From: Botryllus schlosseri
Taxonomy: Eukaryota
Assembly: GCA_051294905.1 (NCBI GenBank)
Contig: CM119372.1
Coordinates: 32,924,001-32,988,000, forward strand
Length of the DNA stretch: 64,000 nucleotides
Direction of reading: 5' to 3'
Part shown: positions 1 to 13,500 of the stretch, in pieces
How the letters are laid out: each line of letters starts with the position of its first letter
How positions within the stretch are numbered: position 1 is the stretch's first letter
Position numbers and translations under genes: made by a program
Notes under the pieces: model-generated
The model's input: only the letters and a program-made list of their open reading frames with translations
What the model was told of the DNA's origin: nothing
The model's database searches: none

Positions 1-99
1 AATAGTCATGTAATACCCAGGATTTTCGTTGCGCTTCGCGCACAGTAGATATGATGGGAGAAATGTGTTTTAACGAAAGTATCGCTGAATATAATTTAG

Positions 100-160
100 A
101 CACCGGGTTGCGTGGTTCCGTTCACACCGCATTGCCGCCTATACCAAATATTTCATCACA
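100..160 (+). CDS. Candidate upstream exon of the EGF-repeat gene (TPGCVVPFTPHCRLYQIFHH)
   Basis: tttag acceptor, consensus GTAAGT donor at 161, open in the frame giving a phase-1 join to exon 1401; no recognisable domain. Confidence 0.35.
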
Positions 161-519
161 GTAAGTACGACACCCCATAACGTTTGAAACTATCGTTTCG
201 CACTTTAGCAATAACCTATTATACCTAGCAGCCCACGAAGTGTCCTAATATGGAAAAGTGGACTGATTTTTTTAATGTTAGACCTGTTTTAGCAGACCAC
301 CGTTGAAACTTTCTGGACAAAAGACATGAAATATATTTTCCGCTTTTTAGTAGTAGTATTTGCATTTTTCTTTCAATTAGGAGTATTATACGTTGAGTTC
401 TAATCATAGTTTCAGTTCTTTTGTCTGGAAAACACAAATGTTGAAGTATAGAAGCAAGTCTAATACTTTCCGAAATTAAAGCTATATACTATATGGCATT
501 TTTACGATTTGCCATGTTT

Positions 520-1023
520 CTAATTAACGCATACTAATCGCGCAAAATGTTTAAGCAGTATCCGACACAATTTCTCCGTATTGCTCTTCGACTGAGCTAG
601 GGACATTATAATATGGGGGAGGGCGCCATGGCATGATATTTTCTAAACGGAGTGTTCGAGAAAACAAAGAATTAGTATCGCATTCCATATCAACACTATC
701 ATTTACATCCCATGATATGGACGACTGCTTATTCTGTCAAAAATTGACATTGACATTGAAATTGCATCAATATGAATCAAGCTCTCTACACCTTCCGCAT
801 TCGTCAATTTGCGGATTTTGATATTCCATGCGAACGAATGACGATCATTTTCACAACTACTTACTTACTTGAGTAGATTTAAAGTCAGTCAATTCTACTT
901 CTTCTTCAAGTAGTTTTAGGTTGTGTATGAAAGAAGTACTTCTACTCGTACTTGAGTAGATTTTTTTCGTCGCTACTTCTACTTCTACTTGAGTAGCTTG
1001 CTTGACTACTTTGACCACCTCTG
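520..1023 (+). mobile_element. Partial copy of the hAT-type MITE at 28824-29592
   Basis: Colinear similarity to about 29095-29592, including CTACTT-rich subterminal repeats and the terminus TGACCACCTCTG; left boundary approximate. Confidence 0.7.
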
Positions 1024-1400
1024 GTTTTCAGTGACATACATTTCAATTTTATTCGATGGATTTGAACGGGAACCTTCGGTATTCCATTAAATCGATTGCC
1101 GTCGGACGGACTGGTAACGCAGTTCCACTTTTCAATGATCGTAGGCTACCGTTTTAAGATTCCGTTTAATAACTCGACTGTATAGCTTGATGTTAATGAG
1201 TGCAGGACCGGTATTAAAACGTCACGTGAGTGGTTTAACAATCAGTAAGGTGCGTTCTAGTGCGACTATGACGTCACCGATTGTGGAATGATTATGACGT
1301 CACATGACGTTGCATATTCTTGTTGAATATACATCAAACTGGAAATGGGACGTCATGACATTGCTAATAACTTGCGGCACTTAATTTCCTATTTTTACAG

Positions 1401-1523
1401 CTCCCAACGCATGTGGAATCGCAACATGTCCCCAGTTCAGCACCTGTTCCACTGAAGGCGGAGTGTCTGCGTGTATTTGTATATCGGGATATGTCTTTGC
1501 CTCTGCTACGCAAACGTGTGTTG
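1401..1523 (+). CDS. EGF-like exon 1
   Basis: tttacag|...|gtgag; PNACGIATCPQFSTCSTEGGVSACICISGYVFASATQTCV. Confidence 0.85.
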
Positions 1524-4500
1524 GTGAGCTCTGCAACTTTTCCAATTTTCCTGGAGTCTCCAATCGCAAACTATTACATTTAAATATAGTCAATCGTATA
1601 GCGACGCATTGCAACATGGTTGTACCGATTACTTGTGGTCATTGCTCAGTAACGAAGTATTTCTTTTATTTTTTTATTATTTTGTGTGTCTTTTTCTTTC
1701 CTCTGTTATCTTCTATATGGGTTACAGACTATCTACTGTTGACATGTTGAAATGAATACACTGTGTTACTCCCCCAGTCGTTTTAGGTTTCCCCATATTT
1801 ATTTCCATCCAGTATTCATGCCTCTTAATTACGTCGCCCAAGACCAGTGGTTCCCAACCATTTTGTCTTCGCGGACCGCCTTTGAACCGTCACAGACTTC
1901 CGCGGACCCCCAGGTTTTAGTTCAAATATAGCTCTATCGTGCAACCGTCATCTGTCTTCTTCAAGTATTAGTTGTAGGCAAGTATTAAACAGCAACAAAA
2001 TTACCATTATTTAAAATAACATCATGCTATATTTATGTTGAAATTGAGACGACTTTCAGTATTTCAAAGCGAATTCTGTGGCCACATTTATTGAAACACA
2101 CTACCGTGTCTCGAAAATCCTTGACGTCAATTTTACATGAACGAGTGTCAAAATTCCAATAATTTCCACAAAGCTATTAGGTGGTGGGGAATGTAACAAA
2201 AGCGTCTAACGCTTCCGACGACACCTTTGGGTCTCATCGCAACATCGGCACCAATATAACGTCATTTCTATCTAGCAACTCATCTTGAAGTTATTCTGGA
2301 ACAGCGGTTATGTATATCAAAGGAGAAAGTGAATTTTTTGCAAGCGAATTTATTCCAAAACCTAATAAAACATATCTGAACAGCGATATGTTTGTATCAG
2401 TAGGGTATCGGCAATTTGGCGATTAAAATGAGCTCGCAAAGTAAGATATTTTATTTCAGACGGCCATTCTGTTTACGTAAGTCCTAAGTTTTAGCAGGTA
2501 TGAAACGAAACTGCTTCGAAGTTTCTCTAATTTTAAAAAAAGGAATAGGTTGACAGATCACACATTTTGCAAATTTGAAGGTTTTGCGGACCCCCTGAAA
2601 TTGTTTCGCAGACCCCCGGTTGAGAACCACTGGCCTAGACCCAGTTGGGTGTCTGGTTTCAGAGACTACCACTCCAAGTCGTTTCGACACCTTCCAATCT
2701 TTTGATTTTATTGCAGTCTTGTGTGTTTTGAAATGATGAAAATGTCAATAAACTGATACTGACACTGCTTTTATGGTGACGATTAACATATCATCATGTC
2801 TGCATCCCCGGTCTGCCTGAATTCGTCTGTCTGTCTTCTACTTTTTCGGAATACTCAAGTACTTCTTGCCTACTTGTACCACTTATTCAATGCATTAAGT
2901 TGTTAGACTACTTTCACTTCTACTGAGCTGTTGTTCTGGCAAGACATTTGACGCTATTAATTTTGTGAAGTACAAAGTAGTCTGGGTATATGTTTGTATA
3001 ACTTCGAGGAGTGCTATTGTCAGATAATTTGTGAGAAATAGACCCGCGTCGCCCTTCATCACATTTTTGCATTCCGACAGTCCAGCCAGTACGATTTCAT
3101 TGTCGTGGATTATTTATTGTCTTGTAGGATACTGAGTTGAGTCAATGGGCTCTTTGTGGACATAGGACGAAGTATGATTTCTTACCGGCAATTATTCAAC
3201 TCTCATATTTTTGTCTATTCCAGTTATCGATCCCTGCCAATCCGTCTCGTGTCCTCAGTATTCCTCTTGCAATCGGGGAAGATGTTATTGCAATTCCGGT
3301 TACGAAGGCGACCCGTCACGGGGTCCATGCACTCGTAAGTAGATCTGTGTCGCTCGAAATATGACGGTGATTTATGAAGGCAACCTGTTTTTCAGTTATT
3401 GACCCTTGCCGTACGGTTCAGTGCCCACAATACTCCAGCTGTCAACAGGGACGCTGTGTATGTGACACCGGTTATCAAGGCGATCCTAGTAAAGAACCAT
3501 GCAGTGGTTGGTGTTCCGTTCGTATTTTTAGTGTAATAATTATGAATAATATACGCCGAGATTTATAGACTTATGAATAACAGCAAAGGACTTCAGAGTA
3601 ACTATAATGTCCAGTCCATGTGGTCACTTCACTTATCATCCATATTACAAGTAGTAGACATTTTTCCCTATTTAAATGTTTAAAGTTTATTCGGACTTCC
3701 CTCAATACTTTACCTTTTGAGCGAGCTGCAAAAGCTAAGATCAAACGTGGGTCGCGCTAAATGAAAGTAGAAAACGGACCACACAAGACACGTATAAACT
3801 GCCGTAAATGATCTTGGTTGTCTCAACGCCCTGATATCATAAACACTATCACCAGTATACATTTGTTCCACATATCAGCGCAAACGACAATAGGGTAGAT
3901 GTTTTTGTTGCTAACAAATCAATCAAGTATAAATAGACATGATCGAAATACATGACCAATTGCAGGGAGAAAGACATTTTGTATTAGTGAATATTTGTTG
4001 GATGAAGTAGCAGAGTTAGCGAGAGAACTGCTCAAGTGCTCATACGAATGCATTATGAATTGGTTGAACATTTTCCTTGTTTTTCTACATCCCTACTCTG
4101 CTGTATATATTAGCAGAAAAACTGCGAGGAGAGAAAATATCCCACGCTCGGGCTAGATCCGACTAACCGAAAACATTAGCTGTACATTTGCTACTCATAT
4201 AGTGTGATGTACCATGAAGAATAGTGCCGTGATTCCACATTCAACCCGACTTCAAGTGTCAAAATATGCCATTTTACCTTCAGCGATTGACCCATGCAAA
4301 GGAGTGGTTTGTCCAACCAATTCGCAGTGCTTCCAAGGAAAATGCAGATGCAACGCTGGCTATCAAACTGATTCCACCAGGCAACAATGCATCCGTGAGT
4401 CATTACATTCAAGTGTTTATAAGTGTCTGAAGAGTGGCAACAGGCCTCTGCGTAATTCGTTAATCTTGCAGATCCACCCCACATCGTTAGAGATTTCGAT

Positions 4501-7500
4501 TTAGGGATTGAGAAATTGAGAAAGTCCAGGTTGCTATGATCAAATGCTGTTGGCCATGCTGACCATGATTAATGATAAAAATTAAAAGCTGTAGTACTGT
4601 TTTCTCATCTCAATCCATAGTAGTTAATCATATAATTGTGACAAAAGTAAGAAATGGATTTGTCCGCCAACAGGATCTTGTGCTCAGATCCTCTCTCTTG
4701 AAGAGCGCTTCGCTGGAAAGGCAATATGCCGATTAATACATGTATATAATTGTATATGCATTCTTATTCTTATGAAACTTTCTGATCTTTATGTAGTCCC
4801 AAAATTTCTAATTGACCCTGAGAACAGATATCAAAATCGGAAGAATTATTTTGAAATGTGTTTCCCGTATCATCTGCATCTGACCCAATGGTTCTGGCAC
4901 GTTTTCTGTTGTGCAGGCTACAGCAAGTGTCCAATGTCCATGCAACGTCCTGAGTGTAGGACACATGGTGAAAATACGATTTCAAAATGCTCTCTGAATG
5001 TGTTGGCTGTTACACTGTGTTCAATCTGACATATATTATGGAAGCTCTTAATATATTATAATGTAAATTATTTCTATTCATATTTGGGCAATATGAAATC
5101 TTTTGAAGCATTGCTGCATAAAGTTGGATTTGACACAAGTGCTACGCAACCGTTACTATGTTACCTGTGTGGATACACTGCAGCATGTTTCATGTTACTA
5201 AAACGTAATCGTCAAACATTCATTTGAATTCATTACAATTGTAGCAATCGATCCTTGCGCTGGGGTTACGTGCGGGCCAAATTCGTCCTGCGACAAAGGA
5301 GTCTGTGTTTGCCGAACAGGCTACGTCTTGCGGGCGGATGTGTGCGTCGGTAAGTCAAGCTACACATTTTAGGAAGGTTAATTGCTTCGATTGGAACTCA
5401 TTGTCAAAGTGGTTCGGTGTGTGGTACTGTGATATATTTCGTTAGAGGTGACATGTTGGCCGTTTCTTCGCTATGCCCCGAGGGAATTTTCGTATGGATA
5501 AGCATAAATTCACCACTCCACTACTCACCGCCAGTTCCCCGTCATTCGCATGGTCCAATATGCCTTATTGATAGCGTCATCACGCAATCACTCAAATCTA
5601 ATCTCCGGTGATATCAAGATAAGCACTTTCTCCATCATCCAAACGCAGCGATTGTTCAGCCATTCGGTGAAACAAATTCGCATTCAGTATTTCGATGGTT
5701 TTGCGACAGCATGTCACTTCTTATGTAACGCCTAAAGGTGATATCGAGAGCAACGTCTCTCTGAAAACAACCATGGTGTCCTTAACATTTTACAATATCG
5801 AGAGGTCTTCCCTAGTGTTAGCATAAAATCCAGCTTGGCTACGTAAAATGCTGAATAAGGTATTTTGCATTAATGATCATTAACTTACAGTATGCGCGGT
5901 TTCACCTGACCACAAACTAAACAATAACAAACACAACAAACTGGACCGATTTGCACCATTGTTAAATAATGCTACATACAAAGTAATGTTGGATTCCGTG
6001 ATAGTTATTTATGCCTACGTGTACGATCAGCTATCTGAGATTGCAGATGTTCGAGAACATCACAGCCTGCCATTGATAATGGAAATTCATACTTTGGCCT
6101 TGAAGTTGTCGGCTTTTTGTGGGGACAGTGCTAGCACGCCTGACTCCCGAAGCTATTAGAATGAGCGGTCGCTGGAATGTTATGGATGGAAATGTTATCG
6201 CACATGCCGCAATCCAGCAACAATATTCATATCCAAGATGAATACTATATAAATGTATTTTAATTCAATGAAGAATGAGCACCCTATCTCTAAAATAAAG
6301 TGTCAATTTGTGCAAACTGTGTTTCATATACAACAGTTATTGACCCCTGCAGTGGAGTTACGTGCGGAGTGCATTCAACCTGCCGCCGAGGTACATGTAT
6401 TTGCAACACTGGATACGTGGCTCAAGGAAACGTTTGTGTTGGTTAGTGTTGGATTGCTAGTTGTCATAGCATTCAGCAGGGATAGCCGTCGCTGACAGCA
6501 TATTTTTCATTAAGAGTTAGTTGATGACCTTTAGCAATGCTTGATAAGACCGCGCTGCAAAGAAGTTTTCTTCGATCCAGGAATAGTGGAGAAGCTAACA
6601 CTTCCTATAATTTTCCTATATACTAGGGTTACCATACGTTCTCCATTAAGAGGATTTGTCCTCTTGTTTCAGGTTTTGGAAAATGTCCTCCGAGGACGCC
6701 TAAATGTCCTCTTTATTTTGAGAATTTTTGTTAAATTCGACTGAGACTGAGTAAATATGCAGTGAGGTAACGCTCCGGCGGCTGTTTCGGGAGCTGAGCC
6801 GGAAAGTTGACCCTTTTGTTTTGTTTTTTATTCAACTAACTGATAATGTGAAAGAAAAACTGTATTTCGGGCACTGAGCGACAAATGTGACCTTTTTCAG
6901 TCAACCGACCACGAAGTGGAAAAAATTTACCATCTTTTCTAGATTTTCCTCCGGTATTCTAAGTTTGAAAATTTTGAAAATGTGTCCCCCTTACCCGATT
7001 CCAAAATATGGTAACCCTACACTGTAAAAAAAAAACTAGATTTACCGCGAAATGTTTGGAAGCACGGTAGCCAGACATTTCGTGGTAATTTAACATTACC
7101 GTTAGTCAATGTAAATTTAACTTACACTCGTCCGGTAATCTCACTTAACACGCCAGACTGTAATGTTACAGTCACCTCCGGTATATCCAATCTACATTTT
7201 ATCCTGTATATTTGCCACTCGGACTGTAATTTTACCGCCTACATATTATACATGCTGTCTCTGTAAATCAGGATTACATACCAGCTTGTAAATTCACGTA
7301 CATCCCATACCTATCGCAAAGCAACCCGATGCTAAAATATCGCAGAAGCTTCTTCACACCCCCAAAACGACATTGGAACAAACTGTATAGTGTATAATCA
7401 TTCATGATTCACGGTGAGAAGATTATCGATGGAAAAGTATTGCTGCTGGAGGTCTAATTCTTCTTTAGGAGACATGCAGTAACACGAGTGGTCTTCCACC

Positions 7501-10500
7501 ATCGGCCAGACTTCTAATTGTTTCTTTTTCCCGTCCTCATTCCTTCTGTGTAGCTAGTATCTTGCAGTTCCACTAAAAAGAATTCATGCGTAAGTCTCTA
7601 TATGAAGCAAAGTTCCTAACCTAGACATGACATTATAAAGACTACTAAGACAAATAGGGTAACAAAGATATAACAATTTTTGAAGTACCGGTACTGGTAC
7701 ATTGTGAGGTGACGGCTCCGCCTTTTACATGATATAGCAGAGATTCATGACTTACTTTATCAAATGCAGCGGGCAAGTTATAAATGATAATGCATCTTCG
7801 TGTGGGCCAATTATTATTAGTCATGCAATTTATTGCATGCTGTTATTTCTTAACCCCCGATCAGGATTGTCCATCGTATTGGTAGTGGAAACATCTTGAG
7901 ATCGCCCAAATGTACCATAAATCAATTTGTTTCAAGGTAGGTTGCACTGAGACTAATCCTGATGCTGGTAGTGACTACAGAGAACAGGGCGTCGTTCTGT
8001 ACTGCCATGCTCAATTTGATCAGTTTTGGAATTGAATTGAGTTAAATTGTGTTGATGTAGCGTAGCTTAATTGAGGGCGAAACCAAGCAACCTATATTGC
8101 ATCTAAGTCTGTCTTACGCAGTGCAGTTCGCCAGCTATTAACAACAGCTACCCAGCGCAACGAGCTTTAGGCTACTGCCAAAGCTATGAAGTAATGAATG
8201 ACTTACACGTGGGAATTCCTCCAAATCTTCAAAGAATATCAAAATTTTGCTTAAATGAAGTTGAGCGCGGCTGCTGGAGTTTGAATTTGGCGAGCTTTCT
8301 TGAATACGAAATAAGTTTCATCTTCAACGATCGTCTTCTGAAAATGGTTGCAAAATACATGTTTAGTCAGAATTCATACAGACTTAGTCAATTTCTCGCG
8401 TTCCCCAGGGTGACAACCACTGATCCTATGTATTGAAGGAAAAGGTTCCTCATTTGAGGTGGCATGTGTGCCATACAAATCCAGCAGTGGATGGAAACAT
8501 CTCTATGCTATGGCCCAAAAATGACATAAACATGCCAACAGTTTCAACTACTCCGCGGCAGAGTATGTGGTGTCACAGGTCAGTATATGGGTCGACTAAC
8601 ATCCCAAAATAGAACAGAGAATGCGGCGAATTAAATATTTCAATCATGAAATCAAAGTCATCCCGGTGGTGTGCACAGTCATAGATATTCACGGCAACGA
8701 ATACTATGTAGTACTGTACCTTTTACGATGCGTATCCCAATCACCATTCCTAGGAATCTTCAACGATCGTGCTGTCCGCTTTCTTCAAGCACAACAAGCT
8801 TCGCTCCACCAGTGTTGCCACTCTAGGTTCCCGGAAAAACACAAGATTATGTCGTGAAAAAACACTAGATTGGCGAAAAATACACTAGATTAGTAAATTG
8901 CAGGAAAAATTTGTCCTTGCCAAGTAATCATGATGACCAAGGTACAAATCCACAGATAAGAAGTGTTCCACACATGAATTCGATACATATGCATGATATA
9001 CTGCATGATTAATTGATTATTCAACGAAAATTAATGAAACGAATTCAACAGCGCAATAAACCAAATTTGTCACTTTCGAATTGTGCGGCATCATAAAAAT
9101 TATCTTTCGATTGTACACCATCCATCAAACATAAGTATCTTTTGTGGGGCATCTTGCTCACTACCGCACATCTTCAACCAAACAATGGGGAGGTTTCCAT
9201 GTGCAGCATACTTCAATGGAATATGGCAATGCCAAGAAATTCGTCATGAGCTTCCCCAGTAAATGGAATCTGGATTCACCGAATCCATTGTGCACTTATT
9301 TCAATTTTTGCAAAAATTCTGTTGGAGGGCATTGACTGATAACCTGCAGCTCATTTTGCGATCTTGCCAAAGTTCAAGTTCATCAAATAATATCACAGAG
9401 GGAAATTGCACAGCTAGAGGAATGATTGATTTTACTATTATTATTCTTACTATTCTTCGGCCTGCTTACGTTTTTCAATATTTATTGATGACGCGAGACT
9501 CGAATTGAACAATGCTTAATTAGCACTCCATCAATGCAGCTGGCTGGATGATCCGCGGGAAACCGACAGATCGTAGCGCTGCAGCATGAATTATATTTTT
9601 ATTGCAATTTTGTTCAATAAAACTGTCTGTCTGTCTGTCTCGGCAAATGAAAATCTTGCCCGAATCTGCATACTGAGTTCAACAAGAAACGACAGAGCAT
9701 CAGAGCGAAATCGCTCTTCATTTTTTTAGAGACTTTCGCTCATGAGTACGGATTCACAGCGCACCCTGTTACGTAATAATTGCGTGTTACTGCACCACCA
9801 CATAGAATTGTTGAAAACAAACACAGCCAGAGACACCAAATCGCCTCATTAGCGATAAATTTAGCGTATAATTAAGTAGTCCAACGTTAGAATATTCATC
9901 ATTCGCATAATTGCCGAAAAAACACTAGATTGGCAAAATTTTGCGAAAAAAAACAATAGAACACTAGGACAACCGAAAAAACACTAGATCTAGTGTTAAA
10001 ACACCAGGAGTGGCACCACTACGCTCCACCCTTTGCTCAAATCTCAATAATGGCCAGACGACGATACGACACTATTAAGATTTCGAAATAAGTGGTATTC
10101 ATCCGTTGACATGCCACCAATAATATTTACTAGCCACTGCGTTATAATGTTTGATTAGGGTCGTTTTTTCATACAGAAACATTTATCATTACATCTAGTC
10201 CCTTTCATTTCCATCTGATTGCGTATAAGTTGATATTTATTCCATATTTTGTCACTACTTGCCGTACTTACGTAAACCAGACGCTGCTTGTGATGTCACA
10301 GTTGTGCGTTGGTTGTTTACTACGAATCTCAGAAAAAGCAGTAACGCGTAACGGTAACCTAACTCGCCTTGTTCGCCATTAACAAATGGCCAACTTAGCA
10401 TGCGGTGCTGATATTTCTAGTTTCCCGAACAATATTATACATCCTAAACTGATATTCTAACTCATCAGTCCTATCCGTGACAACGAATGTAACCAGCGAG

Positions 10501-13500
10501 ACCGGCCGTATAGCCATAGCCTTATAATATAATATAGTGGCTATCTACGATTGCCAGTTGTTTCTTTTACCCTACTATGTACTATACCGAAATTGGTACT
10601 AGGGCCAACAATTTCCGTATGACAGACCCCAGTCTCGCGAATGAGGTTGAATCAGGTCAAATCACCACGAGAATGATATCAGTAACATTCATCAGTTCCA
10701 CGTATACATTGGCTCTTGGCTGCAGAGATTTTCAAGCTAATCAATTTTGCCAATAGCCTGGTAAACTTCAATAACCAGTAAATGTCAGTAATTTTTCGAA
10801 GAAATTCTGGTAACTTGACTTTAGAGCTAAATTGAGGTAATAATACATATCAAAATGTAAAATTACAAGCTACGCACAGTTATTGGCAGCAGACATGGGG
10901 TAATAGCGATTAGTAATCGTAATCGATTACGACGATTACAGCATTTTGAAGTAATCGTAATCGCAATCGATTACATTCGAAAAAAATCCGAAGTAATCGT
11001 AATCGTAATCGACTACTTCCCATATCTAATCGATTTGTTTGTGAAAGAACGATTACTTTTTGTTTGTACAAGGACTATGACATAAACTGAATATTCGTGA
11101 ACAAGAATGAGATAATATACCACGTTAGCGTTAGCACAAACGTCTGTTTTCAAACGCCACTGACTCATTATTACGTCAGAAGTATTAGCTCCGCTCGTCA
11201 TTGCGTAACAAGTATCCACACATAGTAAACAGACATGCGATGGACATTGTAGTGTGATTGTAAGAACACCTCCCGTGGTGTATATCAGGTTATCAATACA
11301 CTACAGAAGCCGCTACCTCGCAGCAGGATATTGATCACCACTCTGCCTATAGTTTCAAATAGTAACTTATGTATTAATGTTTGGTTGTGCTTAGTTAAAC
11401 GCAGTTTACCATTGCTGCTTGGCGAGCAGGAGGCCTACATACGCACGTGCACCTGACGAAGATTCGGAATTTTGTACTCGTCGAATAAGACATTGCAGTT
11501 TCCACAACGAAGCATTACAAATAAACAGCTGCTGATATATATCATAACCGAGCCGTGCTTAGCCGTTTCTCGTAACAGCAGCTTGCTGTATATGTATTAA
11601 GTTGAAGGCAGAATTTTTATGTTAACCATATCTTATTCTCATATAACTACTTGAAACGGGCGTCAATCGTTATTTCACAGTTCGTTACTTAGCATTTGGA
11701 CCTAACGCCATGACCATCCGCTTATATAGCCTGACATGTTAGCGTGGGTTGTAGTTAGAATCAGCAATTCAGCCAAAACAGCAATTCCCCTGTCCAACCG
11801 TTGGTCAATTTTCAAAAGTGAATTTCGTCAATAATATTGGTAATTGCATTATATTACTATTCATTTATAACCTCTCTGAGCCCCGAGTGTCAGATTTACC
11901 TGTAAAGCTGGGGCACGTAATTCATATTCATAGCATCTGGTATGTTGTTATAATTACTGTATGTTGTTAATTCGCGACCTCCAGTCCGTTGTATAATCAC
12001 AAGATATTGTACTCGCCCAAACGTAGCAGAATAAAAGAATATCTTTTGTGAGATGCACACACAAATTGTCATGGCTTTATTCTTTTATGGATGCGCCGGG
12101 TGACATTTGCATTGTGGGCCCAGATTGGAAGGACAGGAGTTATTAGTCCCGCCCACTCAGCGCGGCTATTGACAATGGACGAATACCCTAAGTTTCGGCC
12201 AAGGTATTTCTTTGGTATCACATCCCGTGGAGTTGCGTGTTGGCCGAAACTGCATCTGTGATTTGGCGTGTTGTGGGATCGTGGCGCGGTAATGACCGGC
12301 TACGAAATGCCTGTTCCCATAAAATATAGCCTATGTATGTTTTTTCTTGAGGGGAAGGGGTATGCATTTCAAACCCAGCTATCTACTGGAGCAGGGGTCA
12401 CCAACTGTTTTGAAACAAAAAGCTACTTCTTGTGTAATGTGTACTGATTATTGCGACGACCGACGGGTTACCTCGTACTCCCGTCGTTTATCCATGTTTC
12501 CGCCCCTTACCGAAAAAAACACGCTCACTCGCAGGGACTCACACCAGCTCCTCCAAGCTCAGTTGCGTTGCTGCAGTGCGCGCAGAAGCGCCGATCTCCG
12601 CGTCTAAACTCGGGAATATTAACTATATAGATTCCCGTTGAGACGCCGCGTGGGCGAAGACAAGCAATGCCCAGAGCGACTGCGTTCGTATGCTCCTTGG
12701 CGTCGGCCGACCCATGTTCAACTGCTGCTCATATGAAACGAGCTTCAACTATCAAATCTCTCATTTGGATATTTGCTACATACGAACGGGGGGGGGGCTG
12801 GGCGAGACTTACCGGCCCCCCCCCCTATAAGTATCTATCCGTAACTTATGGGGGGCTTCGCCCCCCAGACCCCTCTTTCGCATCTGTTATTATTATCTAT
12901 CTATCAAGGTTTGGCCAGGTGCTGGATTCGGCCATGTCTATTTTTTCATGTGTGCAAAGATACGCGACATTAAAACTAAGTAATTCTACCGCATGCAGAC
13001 ACGTGATGATTATCGGGATATGGTACTTTTCTAACATATGCAGAGATTTGATGATGATTGACACATCTGTACGGAATCCTATTCTTGCCTTACACGGATT
13101 TCCATGTTTATTCGTTATTATCCTTAAAAAAGCGCATAATCCAAATAGGGGAGCCCTTCGGCCAGCCAGCCCCCCCTGGCGACCGCCCACCTCGCCCACC
13201 CCAAAAGCCACCACTACTACAGCGACTGCGGGCGACTCATTTGGTCCGCGCTGGTGACCCCTGTACTAGAGATATTTGAATCGCAAAGCTCGAAAAACAT
13301 TTACAAGAATTAATTAAATTCTCCAAAATGCTCTATAATATATGTTGGTTTACGAAATACTTTTGAGTCCCCTTCGAGCACGCTCCCCACTCTATTAAGG
13401 AATTTGGGGCGCGGCAGGTAAATACCTGGCAATAATGCAAATCGTTGGATGCGATAAATCATCCACTATAAAGTTGGGCAATTGATATATTATGACGTAA

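Noticed and set aside
12667..13257. 196-aa ORF
   Set aside because: Lies inside a MITE, runs across the antisense rRNA fragment and G/C runs, and has no domain signature
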